Assembly: GCA_951406725.2 (NCBI GenBank) | Contig: OX597834.1 | Span: forward strand, 14,074,001 to 14,138,000 | From: Octopus vulgaris | Lineage: Eukaryota | Length of the DNA: 64,000 nt | Direction of reading: 5' to 3' | Translations under genes and position numbers: made by a program | Shown here: positions 14,411 through 27,960 of the stretch, one piece after another | Layout: every line of letters starts with the position of its first letter | Position numbering within the stretch: position 1 is the first letter of the stretch | The notes under the pieces: model-generated | The model's input: the letters and a program-made list of their open reading frames with translations, nothing else | Told to the model about the DNA's origin: nothing | Databases searched by the model: none

Positions 14411-15243
14411 AGTGAACAAAATATGAAATAAACAAACTGGAATCAATCTAAAATTCCGTAATATATAATACTGAATTCTGAAAGCTGGAAATTTTTAGCA
14501 ACAGGTTCAATACAAACAGCCGAATATGTGCGGCTTGTATTCTTATGAATAATATCGGACTGTCACTGTAATACATAATACAGTTTGTTTCATTGCTCTT
14601 AAGTGCTACATTGTGGTATAATATAAACGAACTTTGAGAATTTGCATAGTTGATGTGAACTGTCAATGTCTCGGATTAATTCATGGTTTGTCATATATCC
14701 TTTCTCTATTGTACTTGCTGCGTAAACACGGCTTTGCCTCTTCAGACATAATAGCCCGCATTACAAATCCAATTTTTGAAACTAAATTTAGTTAAACGTT
14801 AGATCATCACGTTGTTTCTTGGTAACAAATTGTACTTTTATCTGGTTACAAAAGTACCTGTCTCCCAACGTCTCAAGACAAATTGTTCATATATTTGTAT
14901 ATGGTGTGAAAATTCAACAGATATTTACATTTTGTTGCGTTGATGCTGATAACAGAGATATTAAATACACAATCGGATATGAACTGTATCCTGTACAGTA
15001 GTCGATATGATAGACAAACCTTCTGTATATGTGTTTCTGTTATATATGGGAAAATATATTTCAGCTGAGAACGGCAAGTTAGGAGTCTCGTTAGGACGGC
15101 TGTTTGAATTTCATGTGATCTTTCTCGAGGTTCGTGCGTCCTTATTTCAAATAGGACCACAGCATTGGGCGAAATGCTTTCCAGATGTGGATATTAAAAG
15201 ACATCTTGTTTTTGTTTTATATAAAAGATAACATACACAACAC

Positions 15244-15571
<328 letters not shown>

Positions 15572-16054
15572 AGGTATGCGGCTGTTTGTATATGGATATA
15601 CAAGTAGTGAAAACAAAGCCAGATTGTAATTGAATCAATTTTCTTCATAATTGTGTTTCACCTCATTTATTTCCTTTGGTAAAATATAGCTATTTAATGC
15701 AACATGCTCAAAAAGTCCGTACACTTACAGCTCTTGAAGTGACATTTTTTTTTATACACTTGTGGATACACTTAATCATTCAGACGTTAGTATAAAGCCT
15801 CAGAGGTACCGATCACCAAATACAGCAATTATGATCGTTGAAATCGCTGACGGACACATCATCACTACCAATAATGTTTTTTTAATAAGCTTACATACAG
15901 TTGTTCCGATCTGAATCAGTAAATATATTTTATTTTAACAATCACTGTATTTTCTTCGAACGAAATCGTGGAAATCAGTTCAGAGAGCAGCAACGAGTCC
16001 CATACAGTGAAATCGAACTAAGGACTGTGTGATTACGAAACAAATATCGTGAGG

Positions 16055-16166
16055 ATTATCCAGCCAAATGCATCCATAGCAGTAGTTATGGAGCTAATAC
16101 AAATATGAGTTTCATGTTGCTAAATTCTCATAACAATTAATAGCATTTAAAGAAAACAATGGAGAA
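16055..16166 (+). repeat. 112-bp direct duplication, copy 1
   Basis: Identical by eye to 17226-17337. Confidence 0.9.
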
Positions 16167-16719
16167 GAAAAGGAGAAAAAAAATATGTAAAAGAGGAAAT
16201 GAAACAAGGGAGTCAACGAGGAGGAAATACCAAAAAATAAAAATTAAAATAATCCGGCAAATAAGTAATTAACAATGACAAGGGAACTGCGGCAATATGT
16301 GCTTCTCTGATAATTTCATCATGGTACGCTAATTACTGACAGTTTTCTTTCAGCAATAATTAAGGATTTACGAAATAGCATGACATTAATTAAAATACAA
16401 TGTCATATTACGAAGTGGTGAATTACTTGTATTGTTTAGAATTGCAAGTAAAATAGCAAAACGGGGGGCTTTAAACAAATATATTTAAAATACATAATAT
16501 AAGCGGAAATATAAAAAAAAATAAGTGAAGGATCCATTTGAAGAGTTATCTCATGGCAAACATTTTGGGTTCTATTATCGCAATACATTCCTTTGTTCTA
16601 AGGAGGTTTTAAGTATGGAATCTCATAAGAACAACAACCGTTTGTATTTGATATATCACAGGAAAATATTGGTGTAATACACGCATAAACACACACATAC
16701 ACACGCATATATATATACG

Positions 16720-16787
<68 letters not shown>

Positions 16788-16854
16788 TACATACATACAT
16801 ACATAGATAGGTAGATATATAGTTAGATATAGATATTTATGTATGTATGTACAT

Positions 16855-16920
<66 letters not shown>

Positions 16921-17225
16921 CCTCCTTCTTCCATTTTCCTGAGCGCCTAATAATAATAATACTGTAATCGTTCCACGTGTTGTTGTTTTTTCTGTTTTCC
17001 CGTTTGGATTAACCTTATATATATATATATATATATGTCTATGCTTATGTATGTTTACCACACATTCATATGTGGAAATAGATACTAAATAGACTGCCAT
17101 ACACAGGGATAAAATACTCACACACACACACACACTCACATATATGCTCACCGAGTTTATGCCTGTGTTTTTCGAGGAACACACAGAACTTAGGATTGTG
17201 TGAGTACGAAGGAAATATCTTGATT

Positions 17226-17337
17226 ATTATCCAGCCAAATGCATCCATAGCAGTAGTTATGGAGCTAATACAAATATGAGTTTCATGTTGCTAAATTCTC
17301 ATAACAATTAATAGCATTTAAAGAAAACAATGGAGAA
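17226..17337 (+). repeat. 112-bp direct duplication, copy 2
   Basis: Identical by eye to 16055-16166. Confidence 0.9.
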
Positions 17338-18703
17338 AAGGAGCAAAAATATTCAAACGTATATCAACGTATATATTCGTATATATACGTGTGTGTGCGC
17401 GTAGTTGTGCATGTGCGTGCGTGCGTGCGTGCGGGTGCGTATGCGTGTGTGTGTGTGTGTGTGTGGTTTCTATACATCTTCGGGATCGATTCATTTAACT
17501 AAAATTCCTGAAAAAAGTGCCCCAGCATAGCCGCAATACATTGACTCCACAATTAGAGAGTGAAAAGATAAAAACTATGTTTATATATGTATGTATATCA
17601 TTATCAAGTTTTATCTGAAGATTTCTTCTGAATACAGAAAGAGACGGTGTTCCACCTTTTCATTTTTCTATGTATGTAATTATTTATTCATTTATGTATA
17701 TATATATGTATATAAGAAGGTTAACAGTGACTTCGAAATTTCAGCCTGCTAACTTTCTTATGACTGACAAAAGTATTTGTAATATAGACACAAGGCCTTT
17801 TTCTTTAAGTGGGGGCAAGTCAATTACCTCAGTACTCAGCTAATACAAATTTCATCGGACCTTATAGAATAAAAAAAGTAATTGACCATGTCGAAATTTT
17901 AACTCAGAGGCCGAAATGCCTCTAATTATTTGCACTGACATGTTCTCGACTCAGCCAGCTTGACGCCTGAGTTTTCTTGATTTCTTGTGTGTTTTGATTG
18001 AGCGCACAGTTACTACGGGACAGCGGCAGAGGGGAAAATCTATTTAAGATATAGTGTTTGCAAAAAAAAAAAAAAAAAAATCAACGGAAAATCGATATTC
18101 ATTGATCTCGTCCTCCTATGAAGCCAATTGTCAGTTTGTTTTGCGTATTCAGAGCTTATGTTTGTATGCCATTATCCAGTATCTTTCCTTCTTTCGTTAT
18201 TATTCAGCAATGAACACAAAAACAGAACATATTGAATATGTGTCAGTGATAATAATTTCATTATTAGCGTTGCTTCTTACGTAGAATTTAATTTTGCTGC
18301 TCTTGTGCGGTTAGTACTTGGATCGGTTCGTTCCAATAAAAATCCTGAAAGTGGTGCCCCAGCATGGTCGCAATACGATGAGTACAATTCGTTCTTAAGT
18401 GACTCAAGTATGCAACAAAAACAGCTAAGTAATGATATCCATCGTTCTTGATCACCGACAGGGTAAGCTGTACTGTTTGGTTTCCAGTATTCAGTGTTCA
18501 CTTCTTATAAATCATATCGACATCTTAAAAGGATCTCCATCTAAAGGTTTCCTGCGTTCAATGAGCGCATTAGCGAAACATATGCACTAAATATATGACA
18601 CCGACAATGTATGTATACAAGTGCACATAAGATGATGATGTATTTTCGAACTCAAGAACACCGTTAGAACAAGAGAAGTATTCGGTAAATTACCCTTAGA
18701 TAG

Positions 18704-19119
18704 AGGCGGCGAGCTGGCAGAAATGTTAGCACGCCGGGCGAAAAGCTTAGCGGTATTTCGTCTGTCGTTACGTTCCCTGTTCAAATTCCGCCGAGGTCGA
18801 CTTTGCCTTTCATCCTTTCGGGGTCGATAAATTAAGTACCAGTTACGCACTGGGGTCGATGTAATCGACTTAATACCTATGCCTGTCCTTCTTTGTCCCC
18901 TCTGTGTTTAGCCCCTTGTGGGTAATAAAGAAATAGGTATTTCCTCTGGCGCAACGTTGTGAGTTCAAATTCCGCTGAAGTCGACTTTGTCTTTCATCCT
19001 TTCGGGGTCGATAAATTAAGTACCAGTTACGCACTGGGGTCGATGTAATCGACTTAATACCTATGCCTGTCCTTCTTTGTCCCCTCTATGTTTAGCCCCT
19101 TGTGGGTAATAAAGAAATA
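18704..19119 (+). mobile_element. SINE family B dimer (one head plus 2 x 184 bp)
   Basis: Head GGCGGCGAGCTGGCAGAAATGTTAG; unit starts at 18752 and 18936; 17-bp TSD GGTAAATTACCCTTAGA at 18684-18700 and 19120-19136. Confidence 0.95.
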
Positions 19120-19628
19120 GGTAAATTACCCTTAGAAAGCGGAAAAATTTGTCAACAAACAGTCATGGATTCCACACTACCACACTTGTACCCGACGACT
19201 GCTATTGCTAATACTTCCAGCCTTACTTGTACAACCACAACTCCTCTTACTTCATCTTCTTTCACTTGCTTATCTAATTCAAAGTAAATGATAATATCTG
19301 TTTTCTAAAGAAATTTCCTATGATATATACCTTGCTAAAACTCCTTTTGTCTCGGCACTGATGTCAGCGATATAATTTAGAGTTAAGCATTTCTATCACC
19401 AGCTGAAGAAATCTATTTGATTGAAATAGCAGGGGTATGCGTCAATAAAGAACTTGATGAGTTAACGAAACAGTGCAAGAATGAAAAGCTAATCAGATAA
19501 ATAAATATTTGATATTTGCTTTTTCCATTTGTTTCACTAATGAGGAAAAAGCAATTGTATTAAAGATTCGCTAGAAATGGAGGCGAACATTGACTCAACT
19601 GAGAGATTTATACCGGCGCAGGCGCCTC

Positions 19629-19631
<3 letters not shown>

Positions 19632-19720
<89 letters not shown>

Positions 19721-19727
19721 TGTGTGT
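19632..19727. repeat. (TG)n microsatellite
   Basis: Read directly. Confidence 0.98.
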
Positions 19728-20819
19728 ACATTACATGAATCCGAAATTCCATTTCTGAGCATCTTGACTTCTGCTGACGCCAATTTGCATTCCTGCCACT
19801 TCAAGAAATATCTGAGAGATCTAAACGATATCATTATAGTTTTCAATCCAATATATAAATGCTACACTGAAATCTTGAAATCGGAATTCATTTTTAATGC
19901 AATAAGAATTCAATTTCAACATCCATAAACACTCATAATTTTGATTACTGATGTTAATTTTTTAAAATTCTTATTGCTCTCTTGTAATCAACAATAGTTT
20001 ATTGTTTGTGCTGTTTATCTCAACAAATTTTCTATAGAAATCGTAACCAGAATTGCTTTTGTCATGACATTTCGTATACGAGATGCAACAGGTAAAGAAA
20101 CAAAGAGATCGAAGATAAAAAAAAGTGTGTAGGCCGTAACCCTGATGACTATAGCATCTATTGAAAAGCTGTAATAAGTGATGTAAGAACACTACTAACA
20201 CTGTAGAAAGCTGAGTTGCCTTATTCCGTCTTACAATTTTCATAAAAATTATAAATCAAATGACTTTCTCGCAATTTAAACCTCTTGCTTCTCAATGCTA
20301 TGCATCTCTATTGCATAACAACGTAGGATTACAATCGTTGTAAGACGTTTAGCTGTATAGTACGGTTCCATAACAAAATACGACATCCCTACAAGTAATT
20401 GATCGTTTATTGATTTATTTGTTCATATCATAGTTTAAGTTTTCCCCGAGTAACGTCATAATTCTATTAAGTATTTTTTTTAAACAATAATGTGGTACAT
20501 TTTAAGCAGGAAAAAGATGAGGATTTCATTATTTCTGTACTACTAAGCGTGATACTATTTATGGAAAGACTGGTCTATATTTTTTCTATAAAAACTGTAG
20601 TATTTCAAGACTAAAATAAAATTGAATAGCCGTACAGAAGACAATAGTTAAAGTTTGGTCGAGTGTATTTCCTCAGGGAACGATATACGTTTATGGTATC
20701 AAGTAAATTCACTTCTGGATAGTGCTTGGGAGCAAAACAGAGGGATCGAGGGACACACAGAGTAAAGATTAAAAAATATGTAATAATTTAAACGAATGAT
20801 ATGTGAATATTAGTGCACA

Positions 20820-21204
20820 GGAGGCGCAATGGCCCAGTGGTTAGGGCAGCGGACTCGCGGTCGTAGGATCGCGATTTCGATTCCCAGACCGGGCGTTGTG
20901 AGTGCTTATTGAGCGAAAACACCTAAAGCTCCACAGGGCTCCGGCAGGAGATGGTGGTGATCCCTGCTGTACTCTTTCACCACAACTTTCTCTCACTCTT
21001 ACTTCCTGTTTCTGCTGTACCTGTATTTCAAAGGGCCGGCCTTTCCACTCTGTGTTACGCGGAATATCCCCGAGAACTACGTTATGGGTACATGTGTCTG
21101 CGGAGTGCTCAGCCACTTACACGTTAATTTCATGAGCAGGCTGTTCCGTTGATTCGGATCAACCGGAACCCTCGTCGTCGTAACCGACGGAGTGCTTCCC
21201 TCCT
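20820..21204 (+). mobile_element. SINE family C (tRNA-derived head; resembles octopus OR-type SINEs), full length, tail 1
   Basis: A box TGGCCCAGTGG, B box TTTCGATTCC; tail CCCTCGTCGTCGTAACCGACGGAGTGC; 14-bp TSD ATATTAGTGCACAG at 20807-20820 and 21205-21218. Confidence 0.93.
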
Positions 21205-22787
21205 ATATTAGTGCACAGTTTTATGTTGAAATAGTTGTATGTTAATAAAGAAATCGCTGAGTTAAAAGAATTAAGCAAAAATGAAAAGCCAATCATATAA
21301 ATAACTGTTTTTCCATTTGTTTCACCAATGAATATCCTGAATCCGAACAATTTAAGTAAAGAAAAGTTACGTAGTTAAGAGAATTCCAGAATGCAAGTAC
21401 GGCAGGGATCAGTGTACATATATGACCTTCGAAATATGAAAGATAAAACTCTGTAAGCGTTGTATTTGATTTAAAGAAACTGTTAAACTTATAAACCGAT
21501 TGTTCCTAAACAACATGTTATTGTGCTACATTGTGTCCTGAAGTTTGATTTTCATTCTGTTGTTAAATGGAAATATCGGATATCGATGGAATTAAAATTT
21601 CGTTGGAATTTATGGTAATGATGTACGCGATTCATTAACGACCGTAATTCTACGTTGTTATGCAAGAGAGATGCATAGCATTGAGAAGCAATACGCTTAA
21701 ATTGCGGGAAAGTCATTTGATTTATAATTTGTATGAAAATTGTAAGACGGTAAATCGTTAGCAAAATACCGAAATATAATGCCACCATTTTTTTTCGATC
21801 TCTGTCTCATTATTAGATTTAAAATAACACCAATGACAACATAACATTCTACTCTAAAGCAGAGAGCTGGTTGGATCATTAGCCCATCGTGTAAAATGTT
21901 TAACGGTATTTCGTTTTTCCTTACGTGACGCGATCCTGTTCCGCTTAGACGGGCTTTGCCTTTCATCATTTATAGGATCTATAAAATAAATACTTGTTGA
22001 GCACTGGGGTCTATGTAATCGAATTAGCTCCACCCCGAAACTGTTGGCCTTGTGCTATAACTCTAAACCAATGCAGCTACTATCTCTAACATAGCGCGAT
22101 AACAAAATCCTCATAACGCCGGGCAAAATACCTAGCGGCATTTCCTCTGGCTTGAGATTCAAATAACGGTCGAGCTCGACTTTGTCTTTCATTCGTTTTC
22201 GATGGATAGATAAGTAACAGTAGAGCTCTCTGATCAGCGTAACCAACTAGACTGGCACCCAACCTTACGTGCAGAAGTTTGAAATATGTATATACATATT
22301 TTCTGGATCACTTCCTGTAAATACGTCACACATATGAAGTGTACAGTCAATTATTGCTCAAGAAACATATGTGTTTATCAAACGTCATTAACTTCTCCAT
22401 GTCAATTTGTTTCAATTTCCGTTTGATGGGATATGCCAAATCATCGCGCTAAGTTTTTGTTAGACATAGGCTGACACTGATACGATATATCAGATACGGT
22501 ATAGCATAAATTTTAGCTTTATAAAAAAATTACAATGCGTCCAGTAGATGTAACTTACTTAGCAAGCGGTATTTAAATGCCCACCATTTCAAGGATTCTC
22601 TAAAATGGAAATTTCCTTACAGAAAAATAAATGCTTATTATATGCAACTAAGTGGAGAGGCGTAGCAGTCGTCTCCTTTTCATTAAGGTATATGGAATAC
22701 AGTAATCTCTCGATTTACACTTTATGATTTTATGTATTCGCTAAATGAAAATACATACATACACATATTTTTACACGCACACAGACA

Positions 22788-22835
<48 letters not shown>

Positions 22836-22854
22836 TGTCTGTGTGCGTGTAAAA

Positions 22855-22906
<52 letters not shown>

Positions 22907-23711
22907 GTACATATATATATATATATAAGTAGGTAGGGAGAAGCATAGATAAAAAACATAGATAGAGAGCGATATCTAGATGCGAGATAGATACATGGAT
23001 AGATAGCTAGATAGATACAGATGTAAACGTAAGTGGGTGAGCGTATATAATTTTTTATGTGTGTGTTTGTATGTGTGCGTGTGTATTTGTGTGTGAGTAT
23101 ACGTGTGCCAGCGTATATTGACAGTCTGAAGAGTTTCACTTAAAAAAAAAAACCCATTTAATTCCTTGCAATGTTTAAATAAGTTGTTTCAATAAGCTAA
23201 GTATAGCATACGCGTAGACACCTCCATACGATCCGAATACGCAAGGATATTACAACAGCAAAACGTGTTATAAAAACACTCACACAGACGCACACACAGG
23301 CACACACACATATATACACACACAGATATAACTACACGTATATTTACATATATAAACATAGACATATACGTAAATGCAATACTTATACACAATTTTTGCG
23401 CAATCACTAATATTTGACAATACAAATAGCGATATGCTCAGCCGCATCCACTCTATGCATATTGAATGGAAAACCATTCAGTCTAGATATAAGTCCTTAA
23501 TTATCTGCATGCATTATAAAAATAAGAATATGTTCTATTATACGAATAGGTATTTTTTTTTAAAAAAGCATTGTTATTTAGTATCATGGGTATTTTTTAC
23601 TGTACTCATATTTAATGTATAGAATTCCTCGAAATATTATGCCAGATTAACGTCGCCGCCGTTTCCATTGTCGTTCTAGTATTTATGCTCATTATATTCA
23701 GTATCATCATC

Positions 23712-23742
<31 letters not shown>

Positions 23743-23869
23743 TCATCGTCATCATCATTGTAATCGTTATTATCGTCATCATTCTGATCGTCTTCAGCGC
23801 GCATCATCTTTACTATTACATAAATACAGTAGAAGTTGATGTATTATTATTATTATTATTATTATTATT

Positions 23870-24287
23870 ACTCTTTACTCTTTTATTACTATTTTACTTG
23901 TTTCAGTCATTTGACTGCGGCCATGCTGGAGCACCGCCTTTAAACCAGCAACTCGGCCCCGGGTCTTATTCTTTTGTAAGCCCAGTACTTATTCTATCGA
24001 TCTCTGTGCCGAACGGCTAAGTAACGGGAACATAAACACACCAGCATCGGTTCTCAAGCAATGCTAGGGAGACAAACACAGATACACAAACACACACACA
24101 TACATGTATGTATATACATATATACGACAGGCTTCTTTCAGTTTCCGTCTACCAAATCCACTCACAAGGCATTGGTCGGCCCGGGGCTATAGCAGAAGAC
24201 ACTTACTCAAGATGCCACGCAGTGGGACTGAACCCAGAACCATGTGGTTGGTAAACAAGCTACTTACCACACAGCCACTCCTGCGCC
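23870..24287 (-). mobile_element. SINE family A, full length
   Basis: Reverse complement of family A; inserted in (ATT)n. Confidence 0.95.
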
Positions 24288-24296
24288 TATTATTAC

Positions 24297-24360
<64 letters not shown>

Positions 24361-24417
24361 GTTGTTATTATTATTATTATGTATATTACTCAAAGTCGAC
24401 ATTGTCGGAATTTGACA

Positions 24418-24452
<35 letters not shown>

Positions 24453-24706
24453 TGATGGTGATGATGATGATGGTCATGATATTAATAATAATAATGATAA
24501 TTATGACATATGATAATAAAAATAAAAATAAGAAGAAGAAGAAGAAAACGAAGAAGAAGAAGAAGAAAAAGCAGGAGGAGGAGGAAGAACAGGAGGAGGA
24601 GGGGGAGAAGAAGAAGAAGAGGAGAAAAAGAAGACGAAGAAGAAGAAGAAGAAGAAGAAGAAGAAGAAGAAGAAGAAGAAGAAGAAGAAGAAGAAGAAGA
24701 AGAAGA
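24288..24706. repeat. (ATT)n/(AAT)n/(GAA)n compound microsatellite
   Basis: Read directly. Confidence 0.95.
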
Positions 24707-24909
24707 AATAATGCCCTGATGCAATACCAGGCAGGGGCTCTCATGGCTTCTGATCTTAAGTGTTTGGAGGTTTTATCATGTATGTTGCTTTCTCTGAGAA
24801 TAACACACTTATTGTAGGCAAGTGAAAGAAACAACATTAATGAAACTTGGTTAACCGTAGACGCATTTCGAACTCAAAGTAACATTAAATTTACTTACTG
24901 TTTCATCAT

Positions 24910-24981
<72 letters not shown>

Positions 24982-24998
24982 TATATATATATATATAT

Positions 24999-25081
<83 letters not shown>

Positions 25082-25085
25082 ATAT

Positions 25086-25496
25086 ACTCTCTTTTTTACT
25101 CTTTTTACTTGTTTCAGTCATTTGACTGCGGCCATGCTGGAGCACCGCCTTTAGTCGAGCAAATCGACCCCGGGACTTATTCTTTGTAAGCCCAGTACTT
25201 ATTATATCGGTCTCTTTTGCCGAACCGCTAAGTGACGGGGACGTAAACACACCAGCATCTGTTGTCAAGCAATGCTAGGGGGACAAACACAGACACACAA
25301 ACACATACATACATATACATATATATACATATATACGACAGGCTTCTTTCAGTTTCCGTCAACCAAATCCACTCACAAGGCATTGGTCGGCCCGAGGCTA
25401 TAGCAGAAGACACTTGCCCAAGATACCACGCAGTGGGACTGAACCCGGAACCATGTGGCTGGTTAGCAAGCTACTTACCACCCAGCCACTCCTGCG

Positions 25497-25498
<2 letters not shown>
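25086..25498 (-). mobile_element. SINE family A, full length
   Basis: Reverse complement of family A; abuts (TA)n. Confidence 0.95.
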
Positions 25499-25553
<55 letters not shown>

Positions 25554-26073
25554 GTGTATGTATGCATCCATGTACACAGACAGCAGTACAAAGAGAGAAG
25601 TTGGTATAATGTATTATATGTTTAGCTTCGTATATATATACATATATATATATTCCCAAATAAGGAAGCTTAGTGCCGGAGACACAAAGAGGGATAAATT
25701 CATGGAAAGAATGAACATCAAAGACATTTACCATTAAAGATATATCCCAGACTGATCAGTTTCTACCTCTTTCTAGCAAAACAGTCAGAATATGTTTGCC
25801 AAGTCAAGGTTCGTCAGTGGGAAGCCTTCTTAATCCTAGATGCACAGAGCGTTAGAGCACATGTAGATCTAACGGTTTATATATCTTAACTTTTGAAATC
25901 TCCGCGCAGATGCAAAACATACCCGGCGACAGAGAGCATGCCGGTAAAAATTTTACGAACAAATTTATCAAGTAATAAACATAATCAAAAAGGGTAATAA
26001 CATAAGTTATTATTATCAGTGGCCTAGCACAAAAGACGAATTAGTCATTAGACAAAATATTATTCATATAGAA

Positions 26074-26204
26074 ATATAATAAGAGGCTACCAAATAAGGA
26101 AGCTTAGTTCTAGAGACACAAAGAGGGATAAATTCATGGTAAAGAATTCCATGAATTTATCCTTCTAGCACTAAGCTTCCTTATTTGGGAGCCTCTTATT
26201 ATAT
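26074..26204. repeat. Fold-back (hairpin) element, MITE-like
   Basis: Arm ATATAATAAGAGGCTACCAAATAAGGAAGCTTAGT...GGATAAATTCATGG (26074-26139) pairs with 26149-26204; an extra direct copy of the arm lies at about 25654-25711. Confidence 0.8.
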
Positions 26205-26220
26205 ATATATTTTTTTAAAG

Positions 26221-26540
26221 ACTCCGCCGGTTACGACGACGAGGGTCCCAGCTGATACGATCAACGGAACAGCTTGCTCGTGAAATTAACGTGCAAATGG
26301 CTGAGCATTCCACAGACACGTGTACCCTTAACGTAGTTCTCGAGGATAATCAGCGTGACACAGAGAGTGACAAGGCTGACCCTTTGAAATACAAGTACAA
26401 CTCATTTTTGCCAGCTGAGTGGACTGGAGCAACGCGAAATAAAGTGTCTTGCTCAAGGACACAACGCGTCGCCGGGAATCGAACTCACAACCTTACGATC
26501 ATGAGCCGAATGCCCTAACCACTAAGCCACGCGCCCTCAC
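26221..26540 (-). mobile_element. SINE family D (tRNA head, CORE-like domain, same tail 1 as family C; OR2-like)
   Basis: Minus strand: GCGTGGCTTAGTGGTTAG...GAGTTCGATTCC...TGTGTCCTTGAGCAAGACACTT...; 3' half matches about 21015-21195. Confidence 0.88.
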
Positions 26541-27621
26541 ATATATATATATATATATAGATGAAATACGAATGCATTTCCCAATACGTTATACATTTGT
26601 TCATATCTGATTAACAGAATGTACTTTTTATTAGACTAGTTTCTTATTGGAAGATATTTTCTGCCTAATCTAAATAAAGTGATTGCGTCATCTGTTATTT
26701 CTTATTGTTTGTTCGAGGAGTCATCACAATACTTGATTACAATTTTGACAATTTTTAATCAGCAGCTGTTTTAATTTAATTCATATGAATCGAAATGGTA
26801 TCAACATATTTCCCTTTCTATTTCCACGCATGAAAACTGTTATATTTTAAGACAATTTCCCTTGTAATGCTTCAGGTTATATAAGTTAATGAAAATTCTA
26901 ATTAGTTTATATCAAACGGGAAATACGAAGATTTTCCGTTTCGAGTAAGTATTTGAATTGAATGATTAATCGTGATACTCGAAACTTTATTCAGCCTTTA
27001 TAGAGTTCAATGCCTCTATGGTATCGTAGAATTTCACAGAGATATTAAAGTCTAACGGTGTTTGTTTCTCGTAAGGATGTTAACTGATACTTAATATTAA
27101 TACTTGGTAAGCTAGAATATTGGAAATTACAATGAAAACATCTAAGTGTGCCCATGTAGAAACACGAGTAACAGATATCAAGGAGAGAAGCAAAGTCAGA
27201 AAATTATGCAAACTTGAAAATTATCCAACCTGTTAAGGAACCAACTTTGTGACAACTGGGCTTGCTCCACGATTTACATAATACAATCATCGTCATCAGT
27301 TTAGCCATTGGTAATAATTTAGCTTGGATCAAAGTCGTTCTTAAGGCATTCAATTACATCGAATTTGTCGCTCTTCAATTGGAGTTTGTTCACCTTTGAT
27401 TTTGTTCTCCAGTGACTAATTTTACTTCACTCATCTCCAAACCATGTTATCATGATTAATGAAAATTACAGTTCCTCCTACGTAGTAGTCAGTAACAGTA
27501 GTAATTAATTCACCAATAACATTTTTTCATTTGCGTCAGTATGAAAACCATGATTTTTTTTTTCCTTTTTCAAGTATAGTTTTTTTAAATATTCACGACT
27601 AACATTTAAGCCATACTTGAT

Positions 27622-27655
<34 letters not shown>

Positions 27656-27661
27656 TATATA

Positions 27662-27870
27662 ATTCAAAATGTGACCGTGTGTGTACCGTTGGCGATTTTT
27701 TTTCCTCTGTCTTCCCTTCTCTGGATCTTTCCTTCTCCTATGTTTCCGACGAAGAGCTCCGCTCGAAACGTTAAACCCTGCTTCTTTCCTTCTTTCCTGA
27801 GCGTCCAATAATGCTATATTTGTTCCACGTCCTCACGATGTTGTGTTTTTTTGTGCTTTCTTGTTTGGAT

Positions 27871-27877
<7 letters not shown>
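27662..27877 (+). mobile_element. Penelope-like terminal fragment in (TA)n with degenerate hammerhead-like motif
   Basis: CCGACGA-AGAGCTCCGCTC-GAAACGTTA at 27746-27773; 3' part recurs at about 16925-17015, also embedded in (TA)n. Confidence 0.55.
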
Positions 27878-27921
<44 letters not shown>

Positions 27922-27960
27922 TTTGCAAGATTCTTGATGTAAAATCGTTTGTTGAAACAA

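Noticed and set aside
20820-20896. tRNA gene candidates (also the heads at 8141, 18704, 26540 and 57696)
   Set aside because: A/B boxes are present but no complete cloverleaf is evident; each continues into a SINE body and several have TSDs.
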